A stretch of DNA of 61,695 nt, counting the filler, from Choristocarpus tenellus KU-1152 (lineage: Eukaryota; Protista; Phaeophyceae): NCBI GenBank assembly GCA_964200185.2. It is 7 parts of 7 records of this genome, joined end to end, with 100 filler letters (N's around TTAATTAATTAA, not from the genome) between each part and the next. Parts side by side here need not be neighbours in the genome. Positions count along the whole stretch, not along the records: positions 50,967 to 56,061 come from CAXNAD020011894.1; positions 56,162 to 59,009 come from CAXNAD020024218.1; positions 59,110 to 61,695 come from CAXNAD020026524.1; 4 more parts are not named here. One strand, given 5' to 3'. Made by a program: the position numbers and the translations under genes. This document shows, piece by piece, positions 50,967 to 61,695 of the stretch. Under the pieces are notes generated by a model, which was given only the letters and a program-made list of their open reading frames with translations, was not told the DNA's origin and ran no database searches. Position 1 is the first letter of the stretch. Each line of letters opens with the position of its first letter.

Positions 50967-52046
50967 CAGTGCGTCCTTGACCCCTTTCCGATCTGGAATG
51001 TTTTATTTTGGGGCAAGAGGGGGGGGAGAAGATGGCTCGGATGTTATTGGGGGGGGGGGGGGTCTTGTCTTCGGTCAAGTTAATGGGAAATCGTCCTCAT
51101 TGCAGGTGCCATCCCCCATAGAGTCACAGGGGGGAGAACGTGGAGACATGGGTGGAGGGACAGTGCAAGGCTGGAATAGGTGCGGAATGGAGACATCACA
51201 TATATCCTGTTTGTTTGTTGTAGGGGTGAAGGGTGTACAATTTTGATCTTGCTGAGATTTGATGAAGGGGAACTTCTTCAAGGCTTGAGGACACAGTCCT
51301 TTTTAATATGGACATACGAGTAAGGTATCCTTTGATCTAGTGCAATTGCAACTGCCATATGTTTATGTGTCCCTCTAGTATTCTTCATCTCCCAAGGACA
51401 AAGGTGCAGATGTACGGTGGAAGATTTAGACTCTCCATTTTCTCTTGATTGCTGTGCTATTTGCATGGTGCACTACTCACTGCTGTGGATGGGAACTATG
51501 TACTGAGTACCTGTTTTGATTGGGGTAGTCCCTTCTTTGGTAGACTCCACTGCCATTTGGAAAATATGTGTTGTTGAGTACGGTTACAGGTCCTGTCGTG
51601 GTCACAGGTAGGTAAAATGTTTTTGGTCCAAGAGGGCTTTGCATCTAAAATTAAGTGACGTGACTATTCTTCACAGTCTAGATCACGACATGCCCTAGAG
51701 TTTGAAGTGCCAGGCTACAAACCCCTGCATCTGGCACCATTTTTTCACATGGAATGATGATTAGACAGGGTTCGATTTGAAGTTGTTACGAGTTTGTTAC
51801 ATGCCTTGCTGTCTACCGTTCCCCCACTTGTGTGTGCAATGATGGAGCTTGCCCCCTGAATCACCCCATGTATGCATGCCGCCATTTTTTGAATACATCT
51901 GTCTGTCTTCGCGATTGGGTTCAATAGTGTATAACCGCTCCAAATGTTATTGTTTTGCTTCTGCATGCCTCTATGCTATACTCCCTTTCTTTTCTGCCAC
52001 TTGACATCATTTCCTCTCACGTGTCATTTGTTTTGTCTTTGTGTAG

Positions 52047-54887
52047 ATATGCTCAGACTGCTGAGGAGTGTGTAAAGGTCACCAATCATCTCAGGATTCT
52101 CATTGACAAGCAGCGAAAGAGTGGCATGACGGCAGCAGCAGGAGGAGCAGTGAACATACCCCTCTCACCCGTTGGCTTGGGTAGAGGTGGGGATAGACTT
52201 GATGGGTCGTTCAAGGAAGTTTGTGATCTATCACATCTTGCTCCCTTCTATCTGAACAGGGCTGCAGCATACTTCTGCCTTCGTATGTACAAAAACTCGG
52301 TCAACGACTGCAGACTGGCCCTGGAGGTAGACCCTACATGCATGAAGGTGGGGGAATGGCACTGAGAACAAGGGCTGGGGATCGAATTAAGTCTGGTATG
52401 GGTTTAATGATGTGTTTTTGTGGAGGACCAGGCGGGGGAGGAGTGCTCCTTCCAATAGCAACTAAAAATGGATCAGTTGTAACTCAGCGTACATAGACCA
52501 GCCTTTCGTTCTGTACAAATTTCTGTTTCACATTTTGCTGTGTAGTATGTAGTGGTTCGTATATTACATAGTCTGTATATACATATATCTTTCTGCAGAG
52601 TAGTGAGAATTGTTCTTTTGTTTCAGGTAGTCAAAGTATATTTTTGTCCATGATTGTTTGGAAATTGGAGCGATTGCAATATCATTTCCCTTCCTTTCAA
52701 CAGCTTCAACAATGAATCCTCCTACACTCAGAGGTAAGGGAACATCAACTGTACTGAGTAAGTTCATAGTGCCTATCGATTTTGAGGGTTTATGAGGTCC
52801 ATAGTTATCAGCAACGATCATATAAGCCGCACTACTACCTCACATTTCCTTTGATCAATACTCAGTTGCGACTGAATTTCGGAAACACGGACAAAGCAAA
52901 CTGTATGGCATAATTTGGCATACACTCTATTATACAGGAATGATGGTGTCTGGACCAGAACTTGCGAGAAGTTCAAATGCTTAGACTAAGATCCTATTCG
53001 TTAGGGTGGGATGATGGTAACAAAACACTAAGTCAATATCAGGATTTAGTGGAGGGGCTGTATTCAAAAGCAGATTGAAATGGTCAAATGGTATAAACTG
53101 CATTCTCGTAATCTGCAATAGGGCAGTTAAAATTATTCCTCCAAATTATGGAGCAAGCTTATGAGCAACTAGGCACACAGATGTGACACTGCATTTTGAG
53201 GTTGAGGATAAATCTGATTATATGGCAAAGTCTAACGGGAGATGTTGGGCGAGATGGAAGCAGGAACCCCGAGCTAGGGTCACAGCTTAGTATATTTCAG
53301 TCTGGTCTGGAGCAGCAGCAGTACCAGCCTCTTTCAAAAGCAGTAAACATGAGCAGCAAAATTGATAGTTCATTTTTGAGACAAACAAATACTCTCTACT
53401 CTTGGAAACTCCAAGTGTTTATGCATAACATATTAAACTAGTTCAATATTGACCAGAATCCCATTTTATGAATCGCCTTTGGAATTCGTAATACCAATGA
53501 CAGTACATGATATAGTCATCAGTAGACCCCTTAGGTCCAAAATACACACTAAGCCTTACCCTACCATTACCCGATAGAACTAGCCCTTTAGATAATGCTG
53601 GGTACAACACACACACATATATATATATTGCGTGGAGATCAAGCCAAAACACTGGTCTGATCTGGTTTATTGATGTTTGTAGGTGCTAGGAAACCGTACA
53701 TAGAAATAACATAACATATATATATATATATGGCACGCTGTACAGAAGAAATATGGAAGGAAAAAGAGTTTTTGGTCACCAAGTAGTCTGCAGATGGGGC
53801 ATGCCTCGTGCATGGAATATTCTTGTACAATTGCGATTGTATTTATGCATCATACCCTCCCATAGGGCACATACAATTAGTCTGACACCCACAGGTTGTG
53901 AATCCTCTCCGCATTCTTCGAGTTTTGCCTCGGACAGTACAATAGATACATTCTCCTAGAAAGGAACAAAAATATATGGAAATACAATAATTGGTTTCCC
54001 TATCTGGAGGAGGGATTTTCGACTGTGTCTTTGAAGAACGAGGAAGAATGTACTAGTATAACCAAATTTTATTCAAGTTGTGGTACACATCCAAAAAAGT
54101 AGTTTTCTATGTTCTCCTTCCGTGACCATCACTCAACAATTCAACCGTCAATCTTCAAAACCTTCTACATTGCTCAGAGGTGCACCTCGTCCTCCCTGCT
54201 GCTACTCTTTCTACTCTCTTGGTGAACAGGCTCTTGAGTGCCTGGGAAATGCACTGATGAAGAGTGGTGATGTACAAGAGGCAAGGGACTCCTTTGTTGA
54301 GGGTTCCAGACGGGTGAGGGGTGATTCCTGTTGTTGAAGAAGCTTTGTCTAGACACACCCATTGCCTTCCCTCCAGGCCCCTGCCAGGTCTTTTGCAAAT
54401 GCAATCTGTAATATCTGTCAAGGGTGGTATATTTTTGCAGGAGTCGCACATTAGTCATCAAGTACTCGGAAACAAGGTACAATCTGTATTACATCTGAGC
54501 TCCTCTCCTGTTCTCTCCAACCTAAGTCTCCTCCAAGCATAGATATGTTACACTGTTCTGTATTCTACTCCGATTCCAAAAGTCAGTGAAATGTATCCAC
54601 AAGCATTGCCTATTGCCCAGAGAGTTAGAGACACAGCATACTAATTGTTTCTTATTGTTTGTGTCAATTGTATGTAGTGCTCTCCCACTTTGGTTTGACC
54701 TGATCTGCTTCTCCTAGTTTTTTGTTCCACTTGCTCGAGTGTATGACCCTCCCCCTGGACCTCTCCTACCGATTTTTCGTTTCAAACTCTAGGGTGATGA
54801 TACCACCCGCAACCTCTGCAACCAGGGGTACGACAAGCTCGTATCCCTTCAAGCGGAAATGCGTGATGGCATGGATGCTTATGAACG
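52047..54887 (+). CDS. TPR-repeat protein fragment (carboxylate-clamp type, DNAJC7/TTC-like); both ends missing
   Basis: Exons 52047-52347, 54230-54313 and 54793-54887, plus possibly 51106-51179 upstream. They read APFYLNRAAAYFCLRMYKNSVNDCRLALEVDPTCMK/ALECLGNALMKSGDVQEARDSF. Confidence 0.78.
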
Positions 54888-54899
54888 GTGAGCTATAAG

Positions 54900-55081
54900 G
54901 CCGTAAACTATCTGCGGGGGGGGGGGAGGGGTCTACACCAGGGTATCCATTCGCGCCCTGACCAGGAGAAATGCACTTACATTATCCATTGGATGCATGC
55001 AAACAAATCACCCAAAAATCGCGACATGAAAGTGGGCCCCAAACGGACAGCCGCCACCCCCCCCCCAAGATACTTTGAGCA
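54900..55081 (+). mobile_element. MITE-like element copy (same family as 32704-32886)
   Basis: It shares GTCTACACCA..GT.TCCATT, TTACATTATCCAT, CAAATCACCCAAAAAT.GCGACATGAAA, GGACAGCC.C and CCCC.AGAT.CTTTG with the 32704 copy. Confidence 0.75.
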
Positions 55082-55861
55082 TAAGAAAGTTCAATAGTTT
55101 CATCCTCTATTCCTCCTATTATCTCCCTCCCCTCCCTTCTCTCCTCCTTCTATGCTCCTACCTGTTTTCCTCTTTGCCTGAGTCCCTTCCTCAGTTCTTT
55201 TTTGTGGTACCACCTGCTTGTCTATATGATCCTTGTCTCTTTCCCCCTTCCCACCATCTCCCTGAGCTCCCCCATTTTGCCTTATTCATAATCTCCTCTC
55301 TTTGTATACTGTGGTATCCTCAAGCTTTGCCACAGAGATGGTGATAATATTATGACCATGAGGGTGGGCATGAAATATATGTCATGGAAGTGTACAATAT
55401 ATGGCCGGACAGTCACCTCCATGCTCAATTGCAAGTTCACTTTCAGGGTCCAAAACTTGTCCAGGCCTTGATTACCAAAATACAATTTTCCCCTGAGGGT
55501 GTAAACAGACATTGATGCGAAAATTCCCATACTGACTTGATGCTCCGCTGACTAGAAGTCAAGTGCCCAAGCCTCCAGCTAGGTGGGAATGTTTTTATGT
55601 GGCCAGCATGTGGGCTGTGTAGGGTAATTCTGTTTTAACTACAGGACCTGCAGTGCTGACTACCTCCTTTCCCCATGTAGAAACAGTCAATGTGATGAAC
55701 ATATACTTGTTGGAGTGTGTTTTGTGACTTGACTGGAGATATTGAGTCTCAGATAGGTCAATATTAGCTAAGTGAATCTTCATCTACCACGATATTTCGA
55801 TATTTCCATCTGCACACAGCAATCAATAATAACCACCTTGTGCACAGAGAAACACATGAAT

Positions 55862-56061
55862 TGGCTCAAAGTATCTGGGAGGAGGTGGCGGCTGTTCATT
55901 TGGGGTCAGTTTTTTCATGTCGTGATTTTTGTGTGATTTGGTTGTATACGTCAGATGGATACTGTAAATGCACTTTTGACCCGAAGTATCCAGGAGGGGG
56001 GGGGAGGTCTACCCCAGAGTGTCCATTTGGACCAAAATCAGGAAAGGTGCATTTACAGTAT
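55862..56061. mobile_element. Two partial MITE-like copies (inverted copy 55862-55975 abutting a forward copy 55977-56061)
   Basis: TGGCTCAAAGTATCTGGGAGG... followed by the reverse-complement body, then TGACCCGAAGTATCCAGGAGGGG...GTCCATTTGGACCAAAATCAGGAAA, truncated by the gap. Confidence 0.7.
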
Positions 56062-56161
56062 NNNNNNNNNNNNNNNNNNNNNNNNNNNNNNNNNNNNNNN
56101 NNNNNTTAATTAATTAANNNNNNNNNNNNNNNNNNNNNNNNNNNNNNNNNNNNNNNNNNNN
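56062..56161. other. Artificial contig spacer
   Basis: N44-TTAATTAATTAA-N44. Confidence 0.97.
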
Positions 56162-56269
56162 ATAATCCGGATGTACTATCTCATTAGTTACATCGCATGG
56201 ACTCACAATTTAAAACAATAATCGCATATACACAAAATAAGGTACACTTCACTAATGTTCTATTTTGCA

Positions 56270-57420
56270 CATTGTGTGCCTATGACCCTTGCCGAGTGGG
56301 CAACCTCGACAAGATGATCCCCATGTCAGAAGATAAACAAAATGTTCCGGGTCGAAACGTCTTTCCTGTCCAACCCCTGATGAACATCACCTACTCGCGC
56401 AAGCACCTCATTGACATCCCTTCACGCAGCGGCATTTTTGATGAAGTGTATTCCTGGTTTCTCCTTGCATCAAATCCGTCCGATTGCATTCCTGCTTCCT
56501 CATCACCACAACCACTTTGCCCCACCCGATTATTTTTCTTAAAGATCTTTGGAGATTCTAGACCCCTAGATGATCCCAATTTTCTTTGTGGACATGCGAA
56601 GCTTTGATGACCTAATCCCCCGAATACAATTTAATACTCCTTTCAGTCGCCTTCTGCTTCTTGATTTGTGGGCACTTGGATCGAAAGTGAGGTTCGCCAC
56701 ATTCCCAACGATCAGGTTGCTCACCAGTGCACCACCTCTCACCCCAGCCCATTCTGTCCCCTTTAGAATGGAGAGTAGTCGATATTTCTTCAGGACTAAC
56801 TTCTCCGATTTTATCCGCCCCTCTACGGACTCATCATCTATCTCTGACAAGATCTCAAGATACCTTTCGCCAAGTGAATTTTGTAGCCAGCCCACTCAAT
56901 CTTCCTCTGTCACCGAACCTCCCAGACTCTTCAACTCCATTATAAAAGCCTCCTGCCAGTTTATGATATCAGCAGGATCTCCCCCTTGTTCCAACATCAT
57001 GTCCATCAATTGCTATTTCACTGTATTTCTCTCCGTTCGGGAAGAATCAGCCTAGTTCTTGACAAGGGCGGCAAATGCTTCGCTCGGAGATTCGTACGTC
57101 AGCACGATGTCCAAAATGCAGGTCCAGTGGCTCCCTTCATCCCGATGAGAGAGCGTGTATAAGAACGTTTTGCTCCACTTCCTCCACGTCCCTGGTTCCC
57201 CCTTGAACGCAGGTTGTTTAGAGGGGTATTATTTTAACTTAGGTACAAATACGGGCCTAGCCCCCATGGCCACCGTACCTCTAGCCCCAACCCCAACCTC
57301 GCCCCCTTGCGCGGCTGATGTCCCATCTTGAATCTCACCCCCCCAATGGTTCTTCAACTCCGTCACCAATTGAGTTCAGACTTGAATCAAATCTCGATCT
57401 GGGCATCGTCTTGTTTGGCT
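56270..57420 (-). mobile_element. Decayed Ty1/copia LTR-retrotransposon Gag (UBN2/Retrotran_gag_2-like)
   Basis: One minus frame reads PAFKGEPGTWRKWSKTF...IVLTYESPSEAFAALVKN*ADSSRTERNTVK*QLMDMMLEQGGDPADII...ELKSLGGSVTEED*VGWLQNSLGERY, with 4 in-frame stops. A degenerate knuckle-like segment (LFIF*HGDHL) lies near 56310-56345. Confidence 0.75.
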
Positions 57421-59009
57421 TGACTCCTTCCCGGTGATAGCTAAGATCCAAAATATATTAACTACACAAGCACACTAAAAAAAGAATGCTATATAGAATG
57501 TAAAGCTGTCCGTGACGATTTGTTGTCTCACACAACCAGTTATGTTATTGTTTATTAGATTGTATCATAGTTGAGAAGAGAGTGAGACACCATCTGTAGA
57601 TGGGGCTTACCAAGCGTTGCAGTAAATGATAGAATACCAAATGACACTTTTCTAGCACACGTCAGAAACACTCCTACTCTAACATTCCGCCAATTGCTTT
57701 TGATCAAATACCCCGCCAAAATATCCTTAATGTCCGGCATCATCGTCTGTACGCGTACATAAAATATTTCTTCGAATCTTATTTTCACAAATGGTCCAGC
57801 ATAATCTTGGGAGTGGATCTTACTATTGAAGTCTAATTTACTATTTGAAGCTTGCTTGTTTGCTGAATCAAAAGTCTAGCTAAATCCTTATGCATGAGGC
57901 ACTGTTAAATCAAGCAGGGTCAAAATGTCTCGTGAGAAACCTGAACTCTACTCCCTGTCCAAAACGTTTTTTCTCCGTAATGCAAAGAAACTAATAATGG
58001 TCGCATCTTTATTTCCATGAAGGGATTGCAGCAGTTCAATACTTCGTCTGAACCCTGATGATCTGTCATAATTTCTTCTTTCTATAAAACATTGCTTACA
58101 CCCTCTTGTTCTCAGGAAATACGGCACCAACTACTCTTCCGTCAAGGTCGTCAGCTAATTCTCCAAGAAGTGGTTGAACCTGTCTACGGTACATAATAAA
58201 AAATGCACAGATGACGTTGACTCTATCCACAACTTTTCTTTCAGAAGACATTTCTTGGAGTAGGTCTATACATATATGTACTTCCCACAACGTCACACAC
58301 AGGAGGAGGGACGAGGGGTTTGTTTGTGGGGGACTTTTTCCCTTCCTCTATTGTCATAGTATCTGTTCATCTTAACCCAGTAACCGGAAGGTAGGCAGGG
58401 TTTCATTTTAGGGATGACCTGAGGAAAGGGCTGAAGGGTGACGTTTTGTTATAACTGTAGAAAAGAGACTTTGTTACCTTGTAGTGTCGTTTGTGCGTGG
58501 AAAGTCGGTAATGTTCTCTTCCAACGTACACCACTTGCGCTCATTCAAATAGCAACGAAAACAGAGTGCATCGAGCCAAACTATTAGAGAGGTACACAGG
58601 TTTGGATCGTTGTGCATTGTAGAAAGACATATTTCGTACTGTATACAATACACTCAATTCGATAGTTTTAATATGCGCGCCAGTGAGTACGCAAAATTGA
58701 CAACTCCCTTTTCCCACACACAATGAATCATCACAAGGTCAGCAAAGTCTCTTTCCACAATTGTACAAAAACGGCACCGTTCTGCCGTTTCGTCAGATCA
58801 TCCTTAAACTGAAACCAGTGCATATTCTCACTGAGACAAACAAATCAAGAGGTAGGCAAGTTTGGACTCTCTTGCATTCTAAACCATCTATCTGACCCTG
58901 TGCAATGCACCTTATTTCATTATTTTATATGCACAATAGTTGACTACAAAAAAAAAAGACCTCCTGAGCCAAAGTATCTTAGAGGGTAGAGTTGCGTCCA
59001 TTTGGGGGT

Positions 59010-59109
59010 NNNNNNNNNNNNNNNNNNNNNNNNNNNNNNNNNNNNNNNNNNNNTTAATTAATTAANNNNNNNNNNNNNNNNNNNNNNNNNNNNNNNNNNN
59101 NNNNNNNNN
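59010..59109. other. Artificial contig spacer
   Basis: N44-TTAATTAATTAA-N44. Confidence 0.97.
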
Positions 59110-61598
59110 ATTGGAAACGTACAAGATCAATTAAGTATGTCCTACTACCACCTTCGGCATGGATTCCCATTCAAAAAGTGGCCCTTAAAAAGTGCCGCAA
59201 CATTTACAACAAAAACATATCGGCACTTTTTCCGCACCATTTTCGGTCAAAACCATCCTCAATAGTAAGCTCCATCCTCAATTTTTAAAATTCACTGTTA
59301 ATTGTGTTCAAGACACTCATGTATACCTTCAGTTGTCCTTTGGTGCTGTACTTGTAGAATGTTTAAAGTAGCTGCTTCCACAGAGCCCAAAATGGTAGTA
59401 GCCACAAACACAAAGCGAGGGGAGCTTCAACTTAGTTGGACTGAACTCAACCCACCTACCTATTCCTTGAACTCAATCCCCTGCTTTGTGTAATTCCACC
59501 TCACTGTACTGCAATTTCTCACACACATACCACCTTCCATGTTCTCTGTGTGTTCCTCATCAGCGTGCTGTGAGTGTGCTGGTGATGTGATTGTGTATCC
59601 CCTACATCACCATAAAATCGATTGATTGCCCTGCACTCGCTCATAAGGTGCCTTGACTGTTAGTTGATGGGTAATTCCTCAAAGTTCACCTACTGCAGAA
59701 AGTGGTCTGAAGTTTTAACTGCCCTGCAGTATTTGATATATAGTAGCACTTCAGGACTGAATACCCCTGTTGTCAGTATCCTTAGAGTGTATTCCGACTT
59801 GTCAAGTAAGAAGGTACTTTGAAGCGATACTGGAACATTGGGAACTTACCTTTCCGTAGGTCATGAAGAAAGCGATACTGAGTATGGTATTTTGTTTGTC
59901 AACCGTTCCTGCACATAATAGGTTGGACTTAACTCTTGGAGTATGCATGATGTTTGTAGTAAATATGTATTGGGGATATGCGCTTTCTGTTCCACAAGTG
60001 GGAGTGACCATTACCACTACGGCAAACGTAAACTTTCATGATTGACTGACACACCAATACATCCTAAGAAAATAGTCTTCTGCCAGTGATCGTGAGTCAT
60101 TCTGACATCTCAATTTCCAAACTATCATGGTTCAAATGCAGGAGGATAAGTGAAATCGTATTAAGGTTTCTTCCTATCAGTACTCTTCAACAATGATGGT
60201 ATTGTGTTATCCAAGTGTGGGAGTTACGACCAATACAACTATTCTCCAAATAATGCGGTTATTCTTCGCAAATCCAACTGATTAGTCCAACAAATATCTA
60301 TGGACTTTAGCTATCCCAGATGACCTGTGAAAGGATCATCAAAAGAGTAATAAACTATCATCAGATTGGTTGCATAAAAGAAAAGCCGAAAAAAAAAAAT
60401 GATTTCCTTTTGAGAACGTTCTAAAATTCAAGTGTAAAGAAGTGATTGGTTGATTGCATATTCGATTGTCCATAGGAGACGGCAATAATCACCAAGTACG
60501 TGACTGCCTTATTTGCAGTGAATTGAACTATTTGTCGAAACAGTCCCTCTATAAGTGCACCAACATATTCTGCAGGTGGCTAATACTGACTGCAGAATAA
60601 CATTTATCAAGAGACAAATAACCGTTTGAAGTGCTAGAAATGCGATCAAAAAGGTTTGCTAACAATCGTAACACTGTTCCCCAGAGAGTGACCACCTACC
60701 ATTGCAGTAGTCACCATTTCTACATGTGAGGTTTGATAATGCCTTGTTCTACAGACAAAAATGCCTCCTTGACAACAAGCACAACCCATCGCAGTTGGAT
60801 GAATGCTTTCCAAAGAGTGGACTATACAGTTGATCTCTCGCTTAATAATATATTAACTTCTAACAGCATCACATGCTGCATGCATTATGGCGCCTGATCA
60901 ATCTGATGTACATGGATACTATTTCACATCAAACAGACCCTATTAATACCACCTTCAATAAAACCATACTTCAACACTGTGAGCTCACCTCTACAAAAAA
61001 AAGGTAGAAACACCTTCCTGTAGAGCTAGCAAAACGTATACACCATGGAGCACTTGACATCGATAGAAAAGTCCCCTATTTTTTCTATTTCAAACTTGAA
61101 TCATACATAACACCAAACACAGTTAGTTGTCACCTACGACAGGAGGGACTTGCACAAACCTAAATAGCACTGATCGCTCAAAACTAAGTCCATCCACTTA
61201 GACTGGAAAATTTCCATCACCAAAAAAGTTCTCCACCCTGGACAACGAACCTCTCCCCCCCACCCCCCTCCCCTCATCCTCATCGTCTTGAGTGGATGAA
61301 TAACACTTACGAGAACTACACACCCGCCTTCCACACCCTGCCAAATGCAGTAGTTACTTCTCTAGGTCCATCTAACACAGAAGGACAAAAAGGGAGGACA
61401 AAAAGGGTACTCAGGGTAGCCCCAAAAAAGATAATACTGCTGACAAATAAGAAGACAGGAATCCGTAGCATGCACACACTGTTGGCAATTCACAACAACG
61501 GCGAACCAACCACATCATTTCGCGAGTTTCCCCCCAAAAAACAATCAGCATGCCTACATACACAAAATCCTACCACCCACTACAACATTTAAAGTATT

Positions 61599-61630
<32 letters not shown>

Positions 61631-61695
61631 ACCCCCCCTCACCCCCCCCCCCCCCCCCCCACCCGACAACGCACAAAAAAAAAAAAAATATAAAA

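Noticed and set aside
57550-58800. Coding-like, stop-interrupted stretch upstream of the copia Gag
   Set aside because: I could not find transposase, RT or viral motifs, or a convincing PBS or LTR.
59185-59232. Inverted repeat AAAAAGTGCCG...CGGCACTTTTT resembling a bacterial terminator
   Set aside because: It is in a eukaryotic context at a contig edge, has a long loop and no associated gene. It is more likely a repeat fragment.

Overview
This is intron-rich eukaryotic nuclear DNA, most likely from a photosynthetic stramenopile such as a brown alga or close relative. That placement is inferred from a mitochondrial-type MinD, a chromist-type Tic110-like gene, TTAGGG motifs and intron style. 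The window is not contiguous: seven contigs are joined by six identical 100-nt artificial spacers (N44-TTAATTAATTAA-N44), so adjacency across a spacer means nothing. Most listed ORFs are intronic noise. Manual splice reconstruction with consistent phases gives four complete genes: a WWE/DDHD phospholipase A1 (14 exons, one GC-AG intron), RPP30 (8 exons), a Yar1-like ankyrin + class I SAM methyltransferase fusion, and a small ankyrin protein. It also gives five truncated genes: a mitochondrion-targeted MinD head-to-head with RPP30, a Ser/Arg-rich unknown, a coiled-coil protein with an FY..HNP.K motif, a Tic110-like 3' part and a TPR fragment. Mobile DNA includes an RTE-like LINE endonuclease remnant, a decayed copia Gag, a multi-copy ~185-bp inverted-repeat element, and a putative LTR end fused to a 56-nt copy of mature tRNA-Ser(GCU). 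No CRISPR, rRNA or intact tRNA was found. Family assignments come from motif recognition, not database searches.
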